A DNA stretch of 64,000 nucleotides from a virus: IMG/VR virus record IMGVR_UViG_3300032242_001752, positions 1 to 64,000 of that record; one strand, 5' to 3'. Positions within the stretch are counted from its first letter, which is position 1; each line of letters begins with the position of its first letter. Below the pieces are notes generated by a model that saw nothing but the letters and a program-made list of their open reading frames with translations, was not told where the DNA came from and ran no database searches. Positions 26,534 to 37,100 of this stretch are shown piece after piece. A program made the translations under genes and the position numbers.

Positions 26534-29260
26534 ATGGCGACATATAACCGCCCTGGAGTGTACATCGAAGAAGTCGCAACCACTCCACCAGTACCAGGCA
26601 CATCTACTGCCTCTGTAGCTACCTTTATGGGCGCGCTAGTTAAAGGCCCACTAGACGCTACTTTGGTAACATCATGGGTACAGTTTACTTCACTGTACGG
26701 TGATGTTACAGCTAACTCAGTTGACCCAGATGTCCCAACTGCAGTTTACCTATTTTTTGCAAATGGTGGAAGCCAGTGCTACATTCAGCGTGTAGTTGTA
26801 ACCATGGCTGCTGTACAGTCTGGTGCAACAACTACTGCTAGCAAGACACTTAACGTAGGTGCTGTATCTAGCCTACTTACTTCTGACGGTGGTGCTTCTG
26901 GTTCTATATCTGTAGGTATGTTTATTACCGGTACAGGTATCCCAGCTGGAACTACTGTTACTGCAATTAACTCTCTTGCTCTTACCCTAAGCCAGAACGC
27001 CACTGTTCCTGCTAATACTACTTTGACTATTGGTACTCCAATATCATCTTCTGCGATTATTTACGGAAGCACAACTTCTGGAACCACAGCGACACTTGCT
27101 ATTCAGACCCCTGTTACAAGCACAACTATTGGTACCCAGTCTGTAGTTGGTAGCGCAACAATTGCTACTCAGACACCTACTGGTACTACTAACATCACTA
27201 TTGCTACCGGTACTCAAGCATTTACTTCAGGTCAATCTGTAACTATTTCAGGTGTTACGCCTGCAGGATACAACGGAACTTGGGTTGTTCAGGCTGGTAC
27301 AACATCTACAAGCCTTATTGTTGCAATCGGTTCTAACCCAGGAGCTATTACAGTTGCTGGTTCAGTAGCTCCTGCACAAGCTAATATTACTACTGGAACT
27401 CAATCATTTACTGCTGGTCAGTTTGTTACTATTGCAGGTGTTACTCCAGCTGGTTACAATGGTACTTGGACTGTGCAAACTGGTACTACTGCAACTAACC
27501 TTATTATTAACACTACCTCTAACCCAGGAGCTATTACAGTTGCTGGTGCGGTAGCCCCCGCTGGTCAGACTCTTACTACGTACACTACTAGCTCAGCTCA
27601 CAATCTAAAGGTTGGTCAGACTGTAGTTATCGGAGGAACTAACCTTGCTCCAACTATTCACGCAGGTAATTTCGTAGTCACTGCTGTCCCATCTGCAACC
27701 ACTTTCTCTGTAGTAAACCCATTGGCACCTATTGCTCCTATTACAGCTGCAGGTACAGTTACAGTTCCAAACAACTCGGTAACTACTGGAGAACTTGTAC
27801 TTACCGCTAAGAATCCTGGTGTATGGAGTAACGGTCTATACTACGAAATCTCTAGCTCAACCACTAGCGGAACATACCCAGGTAAGTACTTTAACTTGGC
27901 TATCTACTCTGGTGGAACAAGCTCAGGATTTATTGTAGAACGCTTTAGCGACCTTACAATGTTGACTACAGACTCTTCATATGCGCCTACTATTATTAAC
28001 GCATCATCTTCATACATAATTGCCACAGACCCTAACTCTGCAAACCACGGTTCTGATAAGTTTACCGCCGCAAATAATCCATTATCAGTTGCTTTAACAG
28101 CTGTTTCTGGTATTAACTCTGCGACAGTAACTTCAAGCACAACTGTAATTCTTACATCAGACCCTGGTGTAAGCACTGGTATGTATGTTTATGGTAGCGG
28201 TATTACTAACGGAACTACAGTATCTACTTACGTACCATCTACTAAGACCGTTACATTAAGCGCTGCTATGTCAATTTCAGCTGGAGCGGTTATCACATTT
28301 GTAAATACTCCGCTTACAGGTGGTAGCGATGGAACGACTGTAAACAATACAGCTATTGCTGCTACTGCTTCTTTGGCAAAGTTGGACGTTCTTGCATCTC
28401 CACTATTGCTGAACGCTCCTGGTGTTACTGAAGTAACTAACGTAAACAACATGCTTAACTACGCTTATAACCGTAGTGACTGCTTTGTTATCATCGACCC
28501 TACTCAGACCACTACTGATAGCGTAAGCCAGCTAGCGCTTGCAAATAACTATACAGGTGGTTCAGGAGGTTCTGCAGCTCTTGGTTTTGGAGCAGTTTAC
28601 TATCCCAACTTAACAATCCCAAGCCTTACTTCAACAGCTCCTGGAGCAACTTCTACGGCTTATCCAGGTGGTGCAGTTGCAGCTAAGTACGTCACAACTG
28701 ATGCATCTCGCGGTGTGTTTAAGTCACCTGCTGGTCTAGAAGCTAGATTGGCTGGAGTAGTATCAGTAGCTAAGCTAACTAACACAGAACTGGACTACCT
28801 AAACAACGGTAGCAGCAGCACTACGTTTGCTAACGCAACTCCAGTTAATGCTATTCGTTACATTCCAGGCTCTGGAATTGTAGTTATGGGAGCTCGTACT
28901 CTTAGCACCTCATATAACAATAAGTATGTTTCAGTTCGTCGTAGCTTGATTCAGCTACGTAGACAACTTACTGATGCTACAGCTTTTGCTGTATTTGAGC
29001 CAAATGACCAGCGTCTATGGAACCGCATTAAGACCACATGTGAAGTTAACCTAATTGGCTTCTGGCAGTCAGGTGGTTTGCGTGGAAGTACTCCATCAGA
29101 TGCGTTCTATGTAAAGTGTGACAGCACCATTAACACTGTATCAAGCATTGCTGCTGGTGAAGTTCACGTTGAAGTCGGTGTGGCTCTACAGCGCCCTGCT
29201 GAATTCATTGTAATCCGTATTAGCCAGTACGACAGTGGTTCTGTTGTCACAGTCCTTTAG
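26534..29260 (+). CDS. contractile tail sheath protein with large insertion
   Basis: RPGVYIEE N-terminus; FFANGG; VFEPND; PAEFI C-terminus. Confidence 0.95.
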   Translation: MATYNRPGVYIEEVATTPPVPGTSTASVATFMGALVKGPLDATLVTSWVQFTSLYGDVTANSVDPDVPTAVYLFFANGGSQCYIQRVVVTMAAVQSGATTTASKTLNVGAVSSLLTSDGGASGSISVGMFITGTGIPAGTTVTAINSLALTLSQNATVPANTTLTIGTPISSSAIIYGSTTSGTTATLAIQTPVTSTTIGTQSVVGSATIATQTPTGTTNITIATGTQAFTSGQSVTISGVTPAGYNGTWVVQAGTTSTSLIVAIGSNPGAITVAGSVAPAQANITTGTQSFTAGQFVTIAGVTPAGYNGTWTVQTGTTATNLIINTTSNPGAITVAGAVAPAGQTLTTYTTSSAHNLKVGQTVVIGGTNLAPTIHAGNFVVTAVPSATTFSVVNPLAPIAPITAAGTVTVPNNSVTTGELVLTAKNPGVWSNGLYYEISSSTTSGTYPGKYFNLAIYSGGTSSGFIVERFSDLTMLTTDSSYAPTIINASSSYIIATDPNSANHGSDKFTAANNPLSVALTAVSGINSATVTSSTTVILTSDPGVSTGMYVYGSGITNGTTVSTYVPSTKTVTLSAAMSISAGAVITFVNTPLTGGSDGTTVNNTAIAATASLAKLDVLASPLLLNAPGVTEVTNVNNMLNYAYNRSDCFVIIDPTQTTTDSVSQLALANNYTGGSGGSAALGFGAVYYPNLTIPSLTSTAPGATSTAYPGGAVAAKYVTTDASRGVFKSPAGLEARLAGVVSVAKLTNTELDYLNNGSSSTTFANATPVNAIRYIPGSGIVVMGARTLSTSYNNKYVSVRRSLIQLRRQLTDATAFAVFEPNDQRLWNRIKTTCEVNLIGFWQSGGLRGSTPSDAFYVKCDSTINTVSSIAAGEVHVEVGVALQRPAEFIVIRISQYDSGSVVTVL
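27191..27547 (+). repeat. intragenic tandem duplication (186-nt period) in sheath insertion
   Basis: 30-nt identity at 27332-27361 and 27518-27547; duplicated TGTQxFTxGQxVTIxGVTPAGYNGTW. Confidence 0.85.
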
Positions 29261-29272
29261 GAGGAAAAATAA

Positions 29273-29902
29273 ATGGCACAAAGCGCAATTTCACGCTTTT
29301 CTAAACTAGCGACTGACCCGTTAAGAAATTTCAGGTTCGTTGTTGATTTTCGCGTAACTGGTGACACAGGTGTACCTGGGTCAGCTCAACCGGGAACTAG
29401 CAGCTTCTTGAACTTCAAGGGTGGGTTTACATCAATCGATGGTCTAAACATCAGCACTCAGAGCATCAGCTACCGTGAGGGCGGTATGAACACTACCCTT
29501 CACCAAGTTCCTGGTATGACTTCATTCTCACAGATTACTCTTAACCGTGGTGTTATTTTGGGTCAGTCTGAAGGAATCAACTGGATGAAGCAGCTATTTG
29601 CAGCTTCAGCTGGTGAAGGTATCCCGGGTGTTGATGGCTCTAGCTTCCGTTGCGACCTAGACATCTACGTACTAGACCACCCAATTACAGGTTCTCCGCT
29701 AATTGCTGCTGGAGATATCGTAAGCACCTCAGCCTACAAGATGAAGTTTATTGTGCACAATGCGTTCATCGTAAACCTATCTTACTCAAACCTGAATGCT
29801 ACAGATAACCAGTTGATGTACGAAACTCTATCTCTAGTACACGAAGGTCTATCAGTGCAGCTAGCTAACTTCGGTTCTAGCGTCTCAGCTACACTGACAT
29901 AA
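29273..29902 (+). CDS. tail tube protein (T4 gp19-like)
   Basis: DPLRNFRF, YREGG, ITLNRG, LVHEG. Confidence 0.9.
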   Translation: MAQSAISRFSKLATDPLRNFRFVVDFRVTGDTGVPGSAQPGTSSFLNFKGGFTSIDGLNISTQSISYREGGMNTTLHQVPGMTSFSQITLNRGVILGQSEGINWMKQLFAASAGEGIPGVDGSSFRCDLDIYVLDHPITGSPLIAAGDIVSTSAYKMKFIVHNAFIVNLSYSNLNATDNQLMYETLSLVHEGLSVQLANFGSSVSATLT

Positions 29903-29952
29903 TTTAATAATTAAAATCTGGTAAAATATCTATATCTAATTAGGAGTATAAA

Positions 29953-30753
29953 ATGGCAGACAATTTGACTAACGACCCAGCCGTGTTAGCGGAAGCGGTA
30001 AAAGAACTAAATAGTACAGATGATACAAAGATAACTACTTTGTCTCCTTCTAACTCTGATGTTATTTTGCCGGGTGGGTTTATCGCCAAAGATGGTTCTG
30101 TAATTAAGTTTGCCGAAGTGCGTGAGCTAAACGGCATTGATGAAGAAGCAATCTCTAAGGCAGGTTCTGTAGGCCGCGCCCTTGCTGCAATGTTGCAGCG
30201 AGGCGTGGTATCTATTGGAGCTAATCCAGCAGATAAGAATGACATTGATGGTTTGCTTAGCGGAGACCGTGACGCACTACTACTAGGTATTAGAAGGGTA
30301 ACTTTCGGAGATACCGTAGAGTTTGAGTTTCCATGTCCTCACTGTAAGACAGACCTAGATGTAATAGTAGACCTGGGTAAGGATATTCCAGTTGTAGAAT
30401 TGGATGACCCTATTCAAGGCAGAACTTTTACCTATGTTTCAAAAAAGCATGGAGCAATTGTAGTAGGTCTGCCTACAGGTAACGTTCAGAAGAAGCTAGT
30501 AGAGAACTCTGACAAGACTGTTTCTGAATTAAATACTATTCTTTTGGCTGGCTGTATTAAAACCATTAATGGTTCTGCATCATTAGGTGCTACCTCAGCT
30601 CTAGCACTTGGCATGGTTGACCGCGAGGCAATCGTTGCTGAGATTGTAAAGAACAACCCGGGCCCACGCCTCGGGGAGGTGAAGACGACTTGCGAGGCTT
30701 GTGGCGAGGATATTCCTATGCCACTGTCGTTAGCTGACTTGTTTCGTCTATAA
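29953..30753 (+). CDS. tail assembly chaperone
   Basis: CPHC and CEACG; position between tube and tape measure. Confidence 0.75.
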   Translation: MADNLTNDPAVLAEAVKELNSTDDTKITTLSPSNSDVILPGGFIAKDGSVIKFAEVRELNGIDEEAISKAGSVGRALAAMLQRGVVSIGANPADKNDIDGLLSGDRDALLLGIRRVTFGDTVEFEFPCPHCKTDLDVIVDLGKDIPVVELDDPIQGRTFTYVSKKHGAIVVGLPTGNVQKKLVENSDKTVSELNTILLAGCIKTINGSASLGATSALALGMVDREAIVAEIVKNNPGPRLGEVKTTCEACGEDIPMPLSLADLFRL

Positions 30754-30892
30754 AGAAAAAGATTACGAACAACTACTCGACCAATACGAAGTACTATCTC
30801 GATCATTTCCTGGCTGGACCCTGTCTGACATAAGAGAGTTGTCCGTAAGAGAACGTAAGAACTGGCTGTCTAGGGCAGCCCGAGGTAAGTAA
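30743..30892 (+). CDS. frameshifted (+1) C-terminal extension of the tail chaperone
   Basis: frame without a usable start: YKEKDYEQLLDQYEVLSRSFPGWTLSDIRELSVRERKNWL; TTT CGT C shift site. Confidence 0.6.
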   Translation, partial: FVYKEKDYEQLLDQYEVLSRSFPGWTLSDIRELSVRERKNWLSRAARGK

Positions 30893-30901
30893 GGCGAGTA
30901 C

Positions 30902-32992
30902 ATGGCTGACGTAAAATCCAGTATGAATTTAGGTAGCACAGGTTCTACCTCTAAGTCGTCGCGCCTAGTCGCTGACCTTAAAGATAATTATGTAAAGCTA
31001 GACCAAGTTCTTGCTGGCATTGAAAAAAAGTCTAAATCAATTGCGGAAAATCTAAAGAGCGCATTCCCTGGAGGTATGGGCGGAGGCTCAGGCCCAGGTG
31101 CTGGAAGTTCTATGAACTTCGTTGATGGCGGAACAGTGCCGGTAGGCGGACGCTCTAATAGCGGATTTGTTCAACAGGCTACCGGAGGTAAGTTTGACTG
31201 GAAGGGCGCAGCCGGAACTATGGCTGCCGCTGCTTTTTCTGGAGCCTCAAAGCTAGTTGTTCCTGGCGACTATATAACCAATGACATAGCTAAAAATAGA
31301 TATTCATTCTTTAATAGCGGTGCTCCAGGAACTAACTCTAGTGCATTTACAGGAATGATGAATGCCGGAACACCTATTAGCAATATGGATGCTACAAATG
31401 CTATTATGGCTGGTTCTAGCATGGGATTCATGCCGGGACTAAAAAATTATAGTACTATCAGCAATAGCGCAGCTGGGATATCTAACCTGGTACCTGGTGT
31501 AGGTCTTGAAGCTGGTATGAATGCTACTGCAGCACTTAACCAAGGCTCAAGCGTTAATAAGCTTCGTATGATTGGTATTCAAGTCCGTGACAATAACGGA
31601 TTTATGCGCGGTGTTGAAGACATTGCTAAAGATTTATGGAATACCTTAAATAGAAATAAGACTAGCGGTGGCGGCACTCGTAGCGGCAAAATTACTCAAG
31701 AGGACCTGTCTTACTCTTTACAGCCTGGTATGTCTTTGGATATGCTATTAAACCAATATTTTGGTAGCGATGCTGTTTTACGTCAAAGCGTTATTTCATA
31801 CCTATATCAGTTTGCTTCTCAGGGAACAGGGGCAGTTACTAAAGATACGCTTCAGGCTAGTGGTGCAATGCCTGGAATTTCTGCAAGTATGGGTGCTAGA
31901 GAAGCAGCTTCTTATAAGTTTACGGACACCTATACCGACTCCGGTATTCAAGGCATTATGTCGGCTAATGGTGTTATTACGGGAGCAGCTAATTTTCTAT
32001 CAGATAGTGCAACCGCATTAGGTAAACCTGCAGTCACTGCTGCAACATTTTTAGAGACTATGGGTGGTGCCGGTAATGGCGCTGGAGCTGATATTTTTGG
32101 TGGTTTTGGTAAGCTAATACAGGGTAGGAGTTTAAGCACAGCGCTTGAAAAAGCTGGTGGTGCGATTGCATCACGTGCTTTAGAAACATCAGTAGGACTT
32201 GCTTATGTGGGAATTACCGCTGCAGCTTTATCTATAATTAATGACGCTATGACAAGCGTTACTGCAGATAAACTTACTCCTTTTCAAAAAGTAGCTTTTG
32301 GAGTTAACGTTGCCACCCAAGGTTCCCCTAAAAATGGTGGATTTGGTACCGGTGTTGCCCTTTCTAATTCTGACCTAGGTATTGGTTCTGGTTCCGTAGT
32401 GACTATGGACCCATGGAATGATAAGTACGGTGTTACAAGCGGATGGCATGAACACCGTACGTATAAAATAGGAAATAGAAGCATTACTGATATTCACGAC
32501 GGTGTTGACTACGGTGCTCCTGGAGGAACTCCAATTAATCCAGTAGCTGATGGAATGGTTGTAGCTAATAAATGGGAGCCAGGCGGTAAAGGTAATTACT
32601 TAGTAGTTGCACACCGAAATGGTTATCAAACTATCTATGGCCACATGAAAGATAAAAGTGCTTTGCCTACAGGTATGCACGTATCTACTGATACTGTACT
32701 AGGTCAAGTAGGTAAAACCGGAGCTGCTACTGGAAATCACTTGCACCTTGGTGTTCAAGATAGTCACGGAAAATTATATAACCCTAATGACTTTTTAAAT
32801 AATAAACTTCCGGCTATTGGCGGCGGAAGTGGTATGGGTGTAGCTACCTCTGATTACACCAATAATTACGGCGGAGTAACTGTCAACATTAACATGCCTG
32901 CTAATGCTGCTATTAATGAAAATACTTTAGCTCAGGAAATTAAACGCGTACTTACTCAAGACGCTAGAATCAAAGAGGCGGTAAGAGCTTAA
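30902..32992 (+). CDS. tape measure protein with C-terminal M23 peptidase
   Basis: Ala/Gly-rich helical body; HDGVD, YGH, HLH. Confidence 0.8.
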   Translation: MADVKSSMNLGSTGSTSKSSRLVADLKDNYVKLDQVLAGIEKKSKSIAENLKSAFPGGMGGGSGPGAGSSMNFVDGGTVPVGGRSNSGFVQQATGGKFDWKGAAGTMAAAAFSGASKLVVPGDYITNDIAKNRYSFFNSGAPGTNSSAFTGMMNAGTPISNMDATNAIMAGSSMGFMPGLKNYSTISNSAAGISNLVPGVGLEAGMNATAALNQGSSVNKLRMIGIQVRDNNGFMRGVEDIAKDLWNTLNRNKTSGGGTRSGKITQEDLSYSLQPGMSLDMLLNQYFGSDAVLRQSVISYLYQFASQGTGAVTKDTLQASGAMPGISASMGAREAASYKFTDTYTDSGIQGIMSANGVITGAANFLSDSATALGKPAVTAATFLETMGGAGNGAGADIFGGFGKLIQGRSLSTALEKAGGAIASRALETSVGLAYVGITAAALSIINDAMTSVTADKLTPFQKVAFGVNVATQGSPKNGGFGTGVALSNSDLGIGSGSVVTMDPWNDKYGVTSGWHEHRTYKIGNRSITDIHDGVDYGAPGGTPINPVADGMVVANKWEPGGKGNYLVVAHRNGYQTIYGHMKDKSALPTGMHVSTDTVLGQVGKTGAATGNHLHLGVQDSHGKLYNPNDFLNNKLPAIGGGSGMGVATSDYTNNYGGVTVNINMPANAAINENTLAQEIKRVLTQDARIKEAVRA

Positions 32993-34323
32993 TGGGAAAT
33001 ACTAGTAGCAGTCCTAGCAATAGAGGCGGAGCGGCTTGGAGTACTCCTGCAACTTACGCTTACACATTGGGTAATGCTTACAACTATCCTGACTTTAATA
33101 TCTCCTCAAGTAACCCGTTGAACTTTGAAGTCCAACCATTTTTATTTGACTTGATAAAAAGAAATGAAGATGTTGTACAACTTTATAAAGCCCCGTACGC
33201 TGACGCAAATGGGGACCAGAAAATATATTCTTCTGAGCTTGAAGCCAGCGTAGCTGCCTCTCCTACTCTTTACCACAAAGTAGGAACTCCTGTACACCTT
33301 ACAAAAAGGGGTACAAATGAAACTTTAGATTTGGCTTATTACTATGTACCTGGCCCTGAAGCTATTAAAAAAACTCCTGAGATTAATAGCGCTCCGGCAG
33401 AGGACATCATAATTCCTGCCGGTCCACAAGACCCAAATCAGTATCAATGGAACTTGCCGCCTCACAAGTGGAGCTTGCCGTTTACTCCAGGAACTGATTT
33501 GAATAACATGCCTACTGGTCACAGAAAATCTCCGTCTGATGACAGATATCGTAGAGGACGTATTTGGTGGAGAGCTACTGATACCACAATTACTACTACA
33601 GATGGCACAGGAAAATCCGTTCCTATTGATAACTCTGATAGAAAATACGGATTCCAATTCCTATGGAATCCTGAAAGTTTTAGCACCGCTGTGTCTGTTC
33701 AAATGGACGCAACCCCTCAGGTACAAGATAGATTTGCCTCTACTGTAGGAGCGTTCCCTGCTACTGAGACTATTAGTTTTACTTTAAGAATTGATAGAAC
33801 AAACGACTTTGCCGCTGCTAATGCGTACTTTAAGAGACCTACTAATATTATTCAGGACACCACTAATAATGGCGCTAATAACTTTATTAGCAATAAAGAT
33901 ACTGCTCGTTTTATTAAGTACTACCAAAACTCTGGAAGTTTTAATAGCGCTTTAATAAAAGATGGTAAAACAATCACAGTTGAGCAGAAGCTGGTTGACT
34001 TATTTCAGCGCGGTACCTTAGCCGATATCGAGTACTTGTATAAGGCAATTAACGGTGCTGGCCCAGGCGGAGGCTCTTCTATTGCGGACCGTTGGAAAAA
34101 TGGTCGTGGAATAGTTACAGCTGATATTGGTTGGCTAATGCCTACCCTATTAAATATTGATATTGGTCCATTAGCCTATGTAGGATATGTGACCGGTATG
34201 AGTGTTACCCATATTGGATTCACTCCCGACATGATTCCTATTAGAAGCGATGTGACAGTATCGTTCAACTTGCTTGCGACTGCTGGACTTAACACCACTT
34301 CTAATACCGGAGGTACTAAGTAA
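32992..34323 (+). CDS. baseplate or tube-initiator protein
   Basis: FQFLWNPES and F..DMIPIR..V motifs, position. Confidence 0.6.
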   Translation: MGNTSSSPSNRGGAAWSTPATYAYTLGNAYNYPDFNISSSNPLNFEVQPFLFDLIKRNEDVVQLYKAPYADANGDQKIYSSELEASVAASPTLYHKVGTPVHLTKRGTNETLDLAYYYVPGPEAIKKTPEINSAPAEDIIIPAGPQDPNQYQWNLPPHKWSLPFTPGTDLNNMPTGHRKSPSDDRYRRGRIWWRATDTTITTTDGTGKSVPIDNSDRKYGFQFLWNPESFSTAVSVQMDATPQVQDRFASTVGAFPATETISFTLRIDRTNDFAAANAYFKRPTNIIQDTTNNGANNFISNKDTARFIKYYQNSGSFNSALIKDGKTITVEQKLVDLFQRGTLADIEYLYKAINGAGPGGGSSIADRWKNGRGIVTADIGWLMPTLLNIDIGPLAYVGYVTGMSVTHIGFTPDMIPIRSDVTVSFNLLATAGLNTTSNTGGTK

Positions 34324-34610
34324 TGCCTATTTATCTTGGCTCTAGATATGAAAAAATGCCAGTTAAGTTCTTTACGTTTAATCCCAATAGAGACCCTGGA
34401 CCTGTAGTTTACTACGAATTTTCTTCAGTACCTACATCTAAAATGAACTACTCCGTATATCAGTGGAAGACCGGTGACCGCATAGAATCTTTGGCTGCCC
34501 AGTTTTATTCTTACCCTACTAAATGGTGGATTATTGCTGACCATAACCCGCAGATTTCTGACTGGTTAAACGTTCCTATTGGCACAGAGATTAGGATTCC
34601 GCGTGCCTAG
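34323..34610 (+). CDS. LysM-like (tail X) baseplate protein
   Basis: GDRIESLA..FY..P.KWW.IAD.NP...IRIP. Confidence 0.8.
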   Translation: MPIYLGSRYEKMPVKFFTFNPNRDPGPVVYYEFSSVPTSKMNYSVYQWKTGDRIESLAAQFYSYPTKWWIIADHNPQISDWLNVPIGTEIRIPRA

Positions 34611-35949
34611 TACAGTTAGTCTACTAGCAGATAACGGCGCAGTTACCTCTGGTTATGCGTCTGTTTATTTTCCTGAAAGCCCTAATGCTCCTAGAAGGGT
34701 ATATAAAGTTACCCTTCGGCAAGAAGTATTTTCGCATGACTATGCTGATATTTATTTCAGGGACTGGAAAGTAAATCCTTCTACTATTAAACCAATGACT
34801 AAAATAGTATTAACTATTAGAAATAAGAAATACCACGGATTTGTTCATAATGTTGAGAATGTTCAGGAGTCCGCTAAGAACTTTACAAAGATTGGTTTCA
34901 TAGGTGCTTCACACGTATTTAGGCAGTCTAGCCAAAAGATTTATCGTGATGTAACTGCTAGCCAGGTGATTGTTGAGTTGGCAAAGAAGTATAACTTTGC
35001 ATATAAAGTTACCCCACATAAGAGAGTCTATTCTTCTATTGTTCAAGGTGGCCGAACTGATTGGCAGCTAATGGTAGATTTAGCTAATGAATGTGGTTAC
35101 TTCTTACGAGCAGAAAACACCGAGATTTACTTTCACCCATTAATGGAAGACTTTAACTACTATATAAATGAAGCTGTAATTTTTGATAAGGGCGACGCTG
35201 GATTTAAAGGCAGAAGACCAATCTATAATTTTAGTCCGGTAATTAGCGAAACCATGACCCACTTTGGTTTTAAAAAAGCCGCTACTTCTATTGCTGGTGT
35301 TAACCCTATTGACGGAACTACCTTTAAAATTACTAATCAAGACCCGTTTACCCCTAACCGTGTAAGCTCAAACCCTGAATCTTTTGACGACCATGATACT
35401 ACTGCTGTAGCAAATGACTATACTACTGCATCACTTTTGGCTAAAAGTTCAGATGACTATAGTAGCTTTCCATACATTGCGGATGTAGACACCATCGGTA
35501 TTGAAAAAGTACGCCCATGCCTTCCCGTATACCTAAATAACGTAGGTGACCAATACTCAGGATACTGGACGGTCTTAAGTATTAGGCATGAAGTAATTGA
35601 GGCTCAGTTAAATCAGCCGCTATACACATGTTCCATGACCGTAGCCACTGACTCTTTAGGGCAAATATCTGATCCTAATAAGCCTGTTATTCCACCAACT
35701 AATCCAGTTAGAACTATTATTCCTAATGTAGATAATACGGTTATTGTTCCACAAACTGTTATTAATAGTCCTGGTTTATCTATTATTCCAATTCCACAAT
35801 ACGAAATTGTTGATAGAATTAACCGTCCAGGTATTGATGTTCAGCTAGCTTCTGTGTCTAAGTGGGCATCTACTCACGGCGACCTTAATTACAGATATAG
35901 TGAAAATAACATGCCGCCTATTGTCCGTGCAAAGGTGATTACGATATGA
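34603..35949 (+). CDS. baseplate hub protein (GpD/gp27-like)
   Basis: TASQVI..LA..Y, Q...TDWQL...LA, YSG.W.V..I.H. Confidence 0.75.
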   Translation: MPSTVSLLADNGAVTSGYASVYFPESPNAPRRVYKVTLRQEVFSHDYADIYFRDWKVNPSTIKPMTKIVLTIRNKKYHGFVHNVENVQESAKNFTKIGFIGASHVFRQSSQKIYRDVTASQVIVELAKKYNFAYKVTPHKRVYSSIVQGGRTDWQLMVDLANECGYFLRAENTEIYFHPLMEDFNYYINEAVIFDKGDAGFKGRRPIYNFSPVISETMTHFGFKKAATSIAGVNPIDGTTFKITNQDPFTPNRVSSNPESFDDHDTTAVANDYTTASLLAKSSDDYSSFPYIADVDTIGIEKVRPCLPVYLNNVGDQYSGYWTVLSIRHEVIEAQLNQPLYTCSMTVATDSLGQISDPNKPVIPPTNPVRTIIPNVDNTVIVPQTVINSPGLSIIPIPQYEIVDRINRPGIDVQLASVSKWASTHGDLNYRYSENNMPPIVRAKVITI

Positions 35950-36674
35950 GTCGCGTAGGTCAGTATTTTGGTATTTATAGAGGAGTAGTTGTTGCTACTA
36001 ACGACCCTCTTAATAAAAATAGAGTCATGCTTAAGGTTCCACAGGTTTCGGGAGAAGAAGTCACTAACTGGGCCTGGCCTATTATCGGCGCATCTGCAAA
36101 TAAAAAAACACCGTACGGTTCTTGGATTAGCACAGCCACGCAAACAACTGCAGATAGTACTATAAATAACATAATTGCTTTGGACACTGTAGAAGGAAGC
36201 TACGGCATAGATTTAATTAACCCTAGTACTACGACCCCGGCCACTTCTGCAATTAAGTTTAGCTATGCTGGCACGTACAATATTCAGATATCTGCTCAGT
36301 TATACACCACTATCGGTGGAAATGGTTTTTTAAACGCGGATATGTGGATGAGACAGAATGGTATAGATGTGCCAAATTCTGTGGGTTCTATATCTGTCGG
36401 TTCTAAAAACCCTTATACAGTTGCTAGCTGGAATTACATAATAGATATTTCTGCTGGTGATACTTTACAGTGGATTTGGCACGTAAATACCTCTACGTCC
36501 ACCTCTTTGCTTGCCACCTCTGCACAAGCTGGTCCGCCTGCTCAACCTGAAACTCCTTCATTTACCGTGTCTGCTACGCATGTGAGTGGCTATTTACCTA
36601 GTCCTGGAAATCCTTGCTGGGTTATGTTTGAGGGCGGAAACCCTAATTTTCCACTATGGTTAGGAACATTCTAA
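35946..36674 (+). CDS. baseplate spike (gpV/gp5 OB-fold) with inserted domain
   Basis: GIYRGVV...DP...RV..KVP...WA and WVMFEGGNPNFPLWLG. Confidence 0.8.
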   Translation: MSRVGQYFGIYRGVVVATNDPLNKNRVMLKVPQVSGEEVTNWAWPIIGASANKKTPYGSWISTATQTTADSTINNIIALDTVEGSYGIDLINPSTTTPATSAIKFSYAGTYNIQISAQLYTTIGGNGFLNADMWMRQNGIDVPNSVGSISVGSKNPYTVASWNYIIDISAGDTLQWIWHVNTSTSTSLLATSAQAGPPAQPETPSFTVSATHVSGYLPSPGNPCWVMFEGGNPNFPLWLGTF

Positions 36675-37100
36675 ATGAGTGAAATGCAATTAAATTATCC
36701 ATTTGCTTTTGGTAAAAGCGGAGATAGCGCTTATATTACTGGAGTATCTGATACTAACGACTATAGGATTATTTGGCAAAATAGAATCCTTCTTACGCTT
36801 GGAACTAGGCCCGGAGAACGGGTTATGCGACCAGATTTTGGCAGCAACCTATATAGCGCATTATACGAAAATGAATCTACGGCTGCTGAAATAGCCCATG
36901 ACAGCATTGTTCAAGCATTTAGCAAGTGGCTATCTGACCTAGAACTTAAGACCATAACTCCGTTATTTGACGCAAATACCGGGTTAATGACTGTGACAAT
37001 TGTCTACGGACTGCCAAATGGTGAAGTAGATAGTGTTACAATTAATACAGGTATTTTTAACCGAGCTGGCGAGCTTATTCAGGAGATAAAGAATGTCTAG
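36675..37100 (+). CDS. baseplate wedge protein (gp25/GPW)
   Basis: TRPGERVMRPDFGS. Confidence 0.9.
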   Translation: MSEMQLNYPFAFGKSGDSAYITGVSDTNDYRIIWQNRILLTLGTRPGERVMRPDFGSNLYSALYENESTAAEIAHDSIVQAFSKWLSDLELKTITPLFDANTGLMTVTIVYGLPNGEVDSVTINTGIFNRAGELIQEIKNV

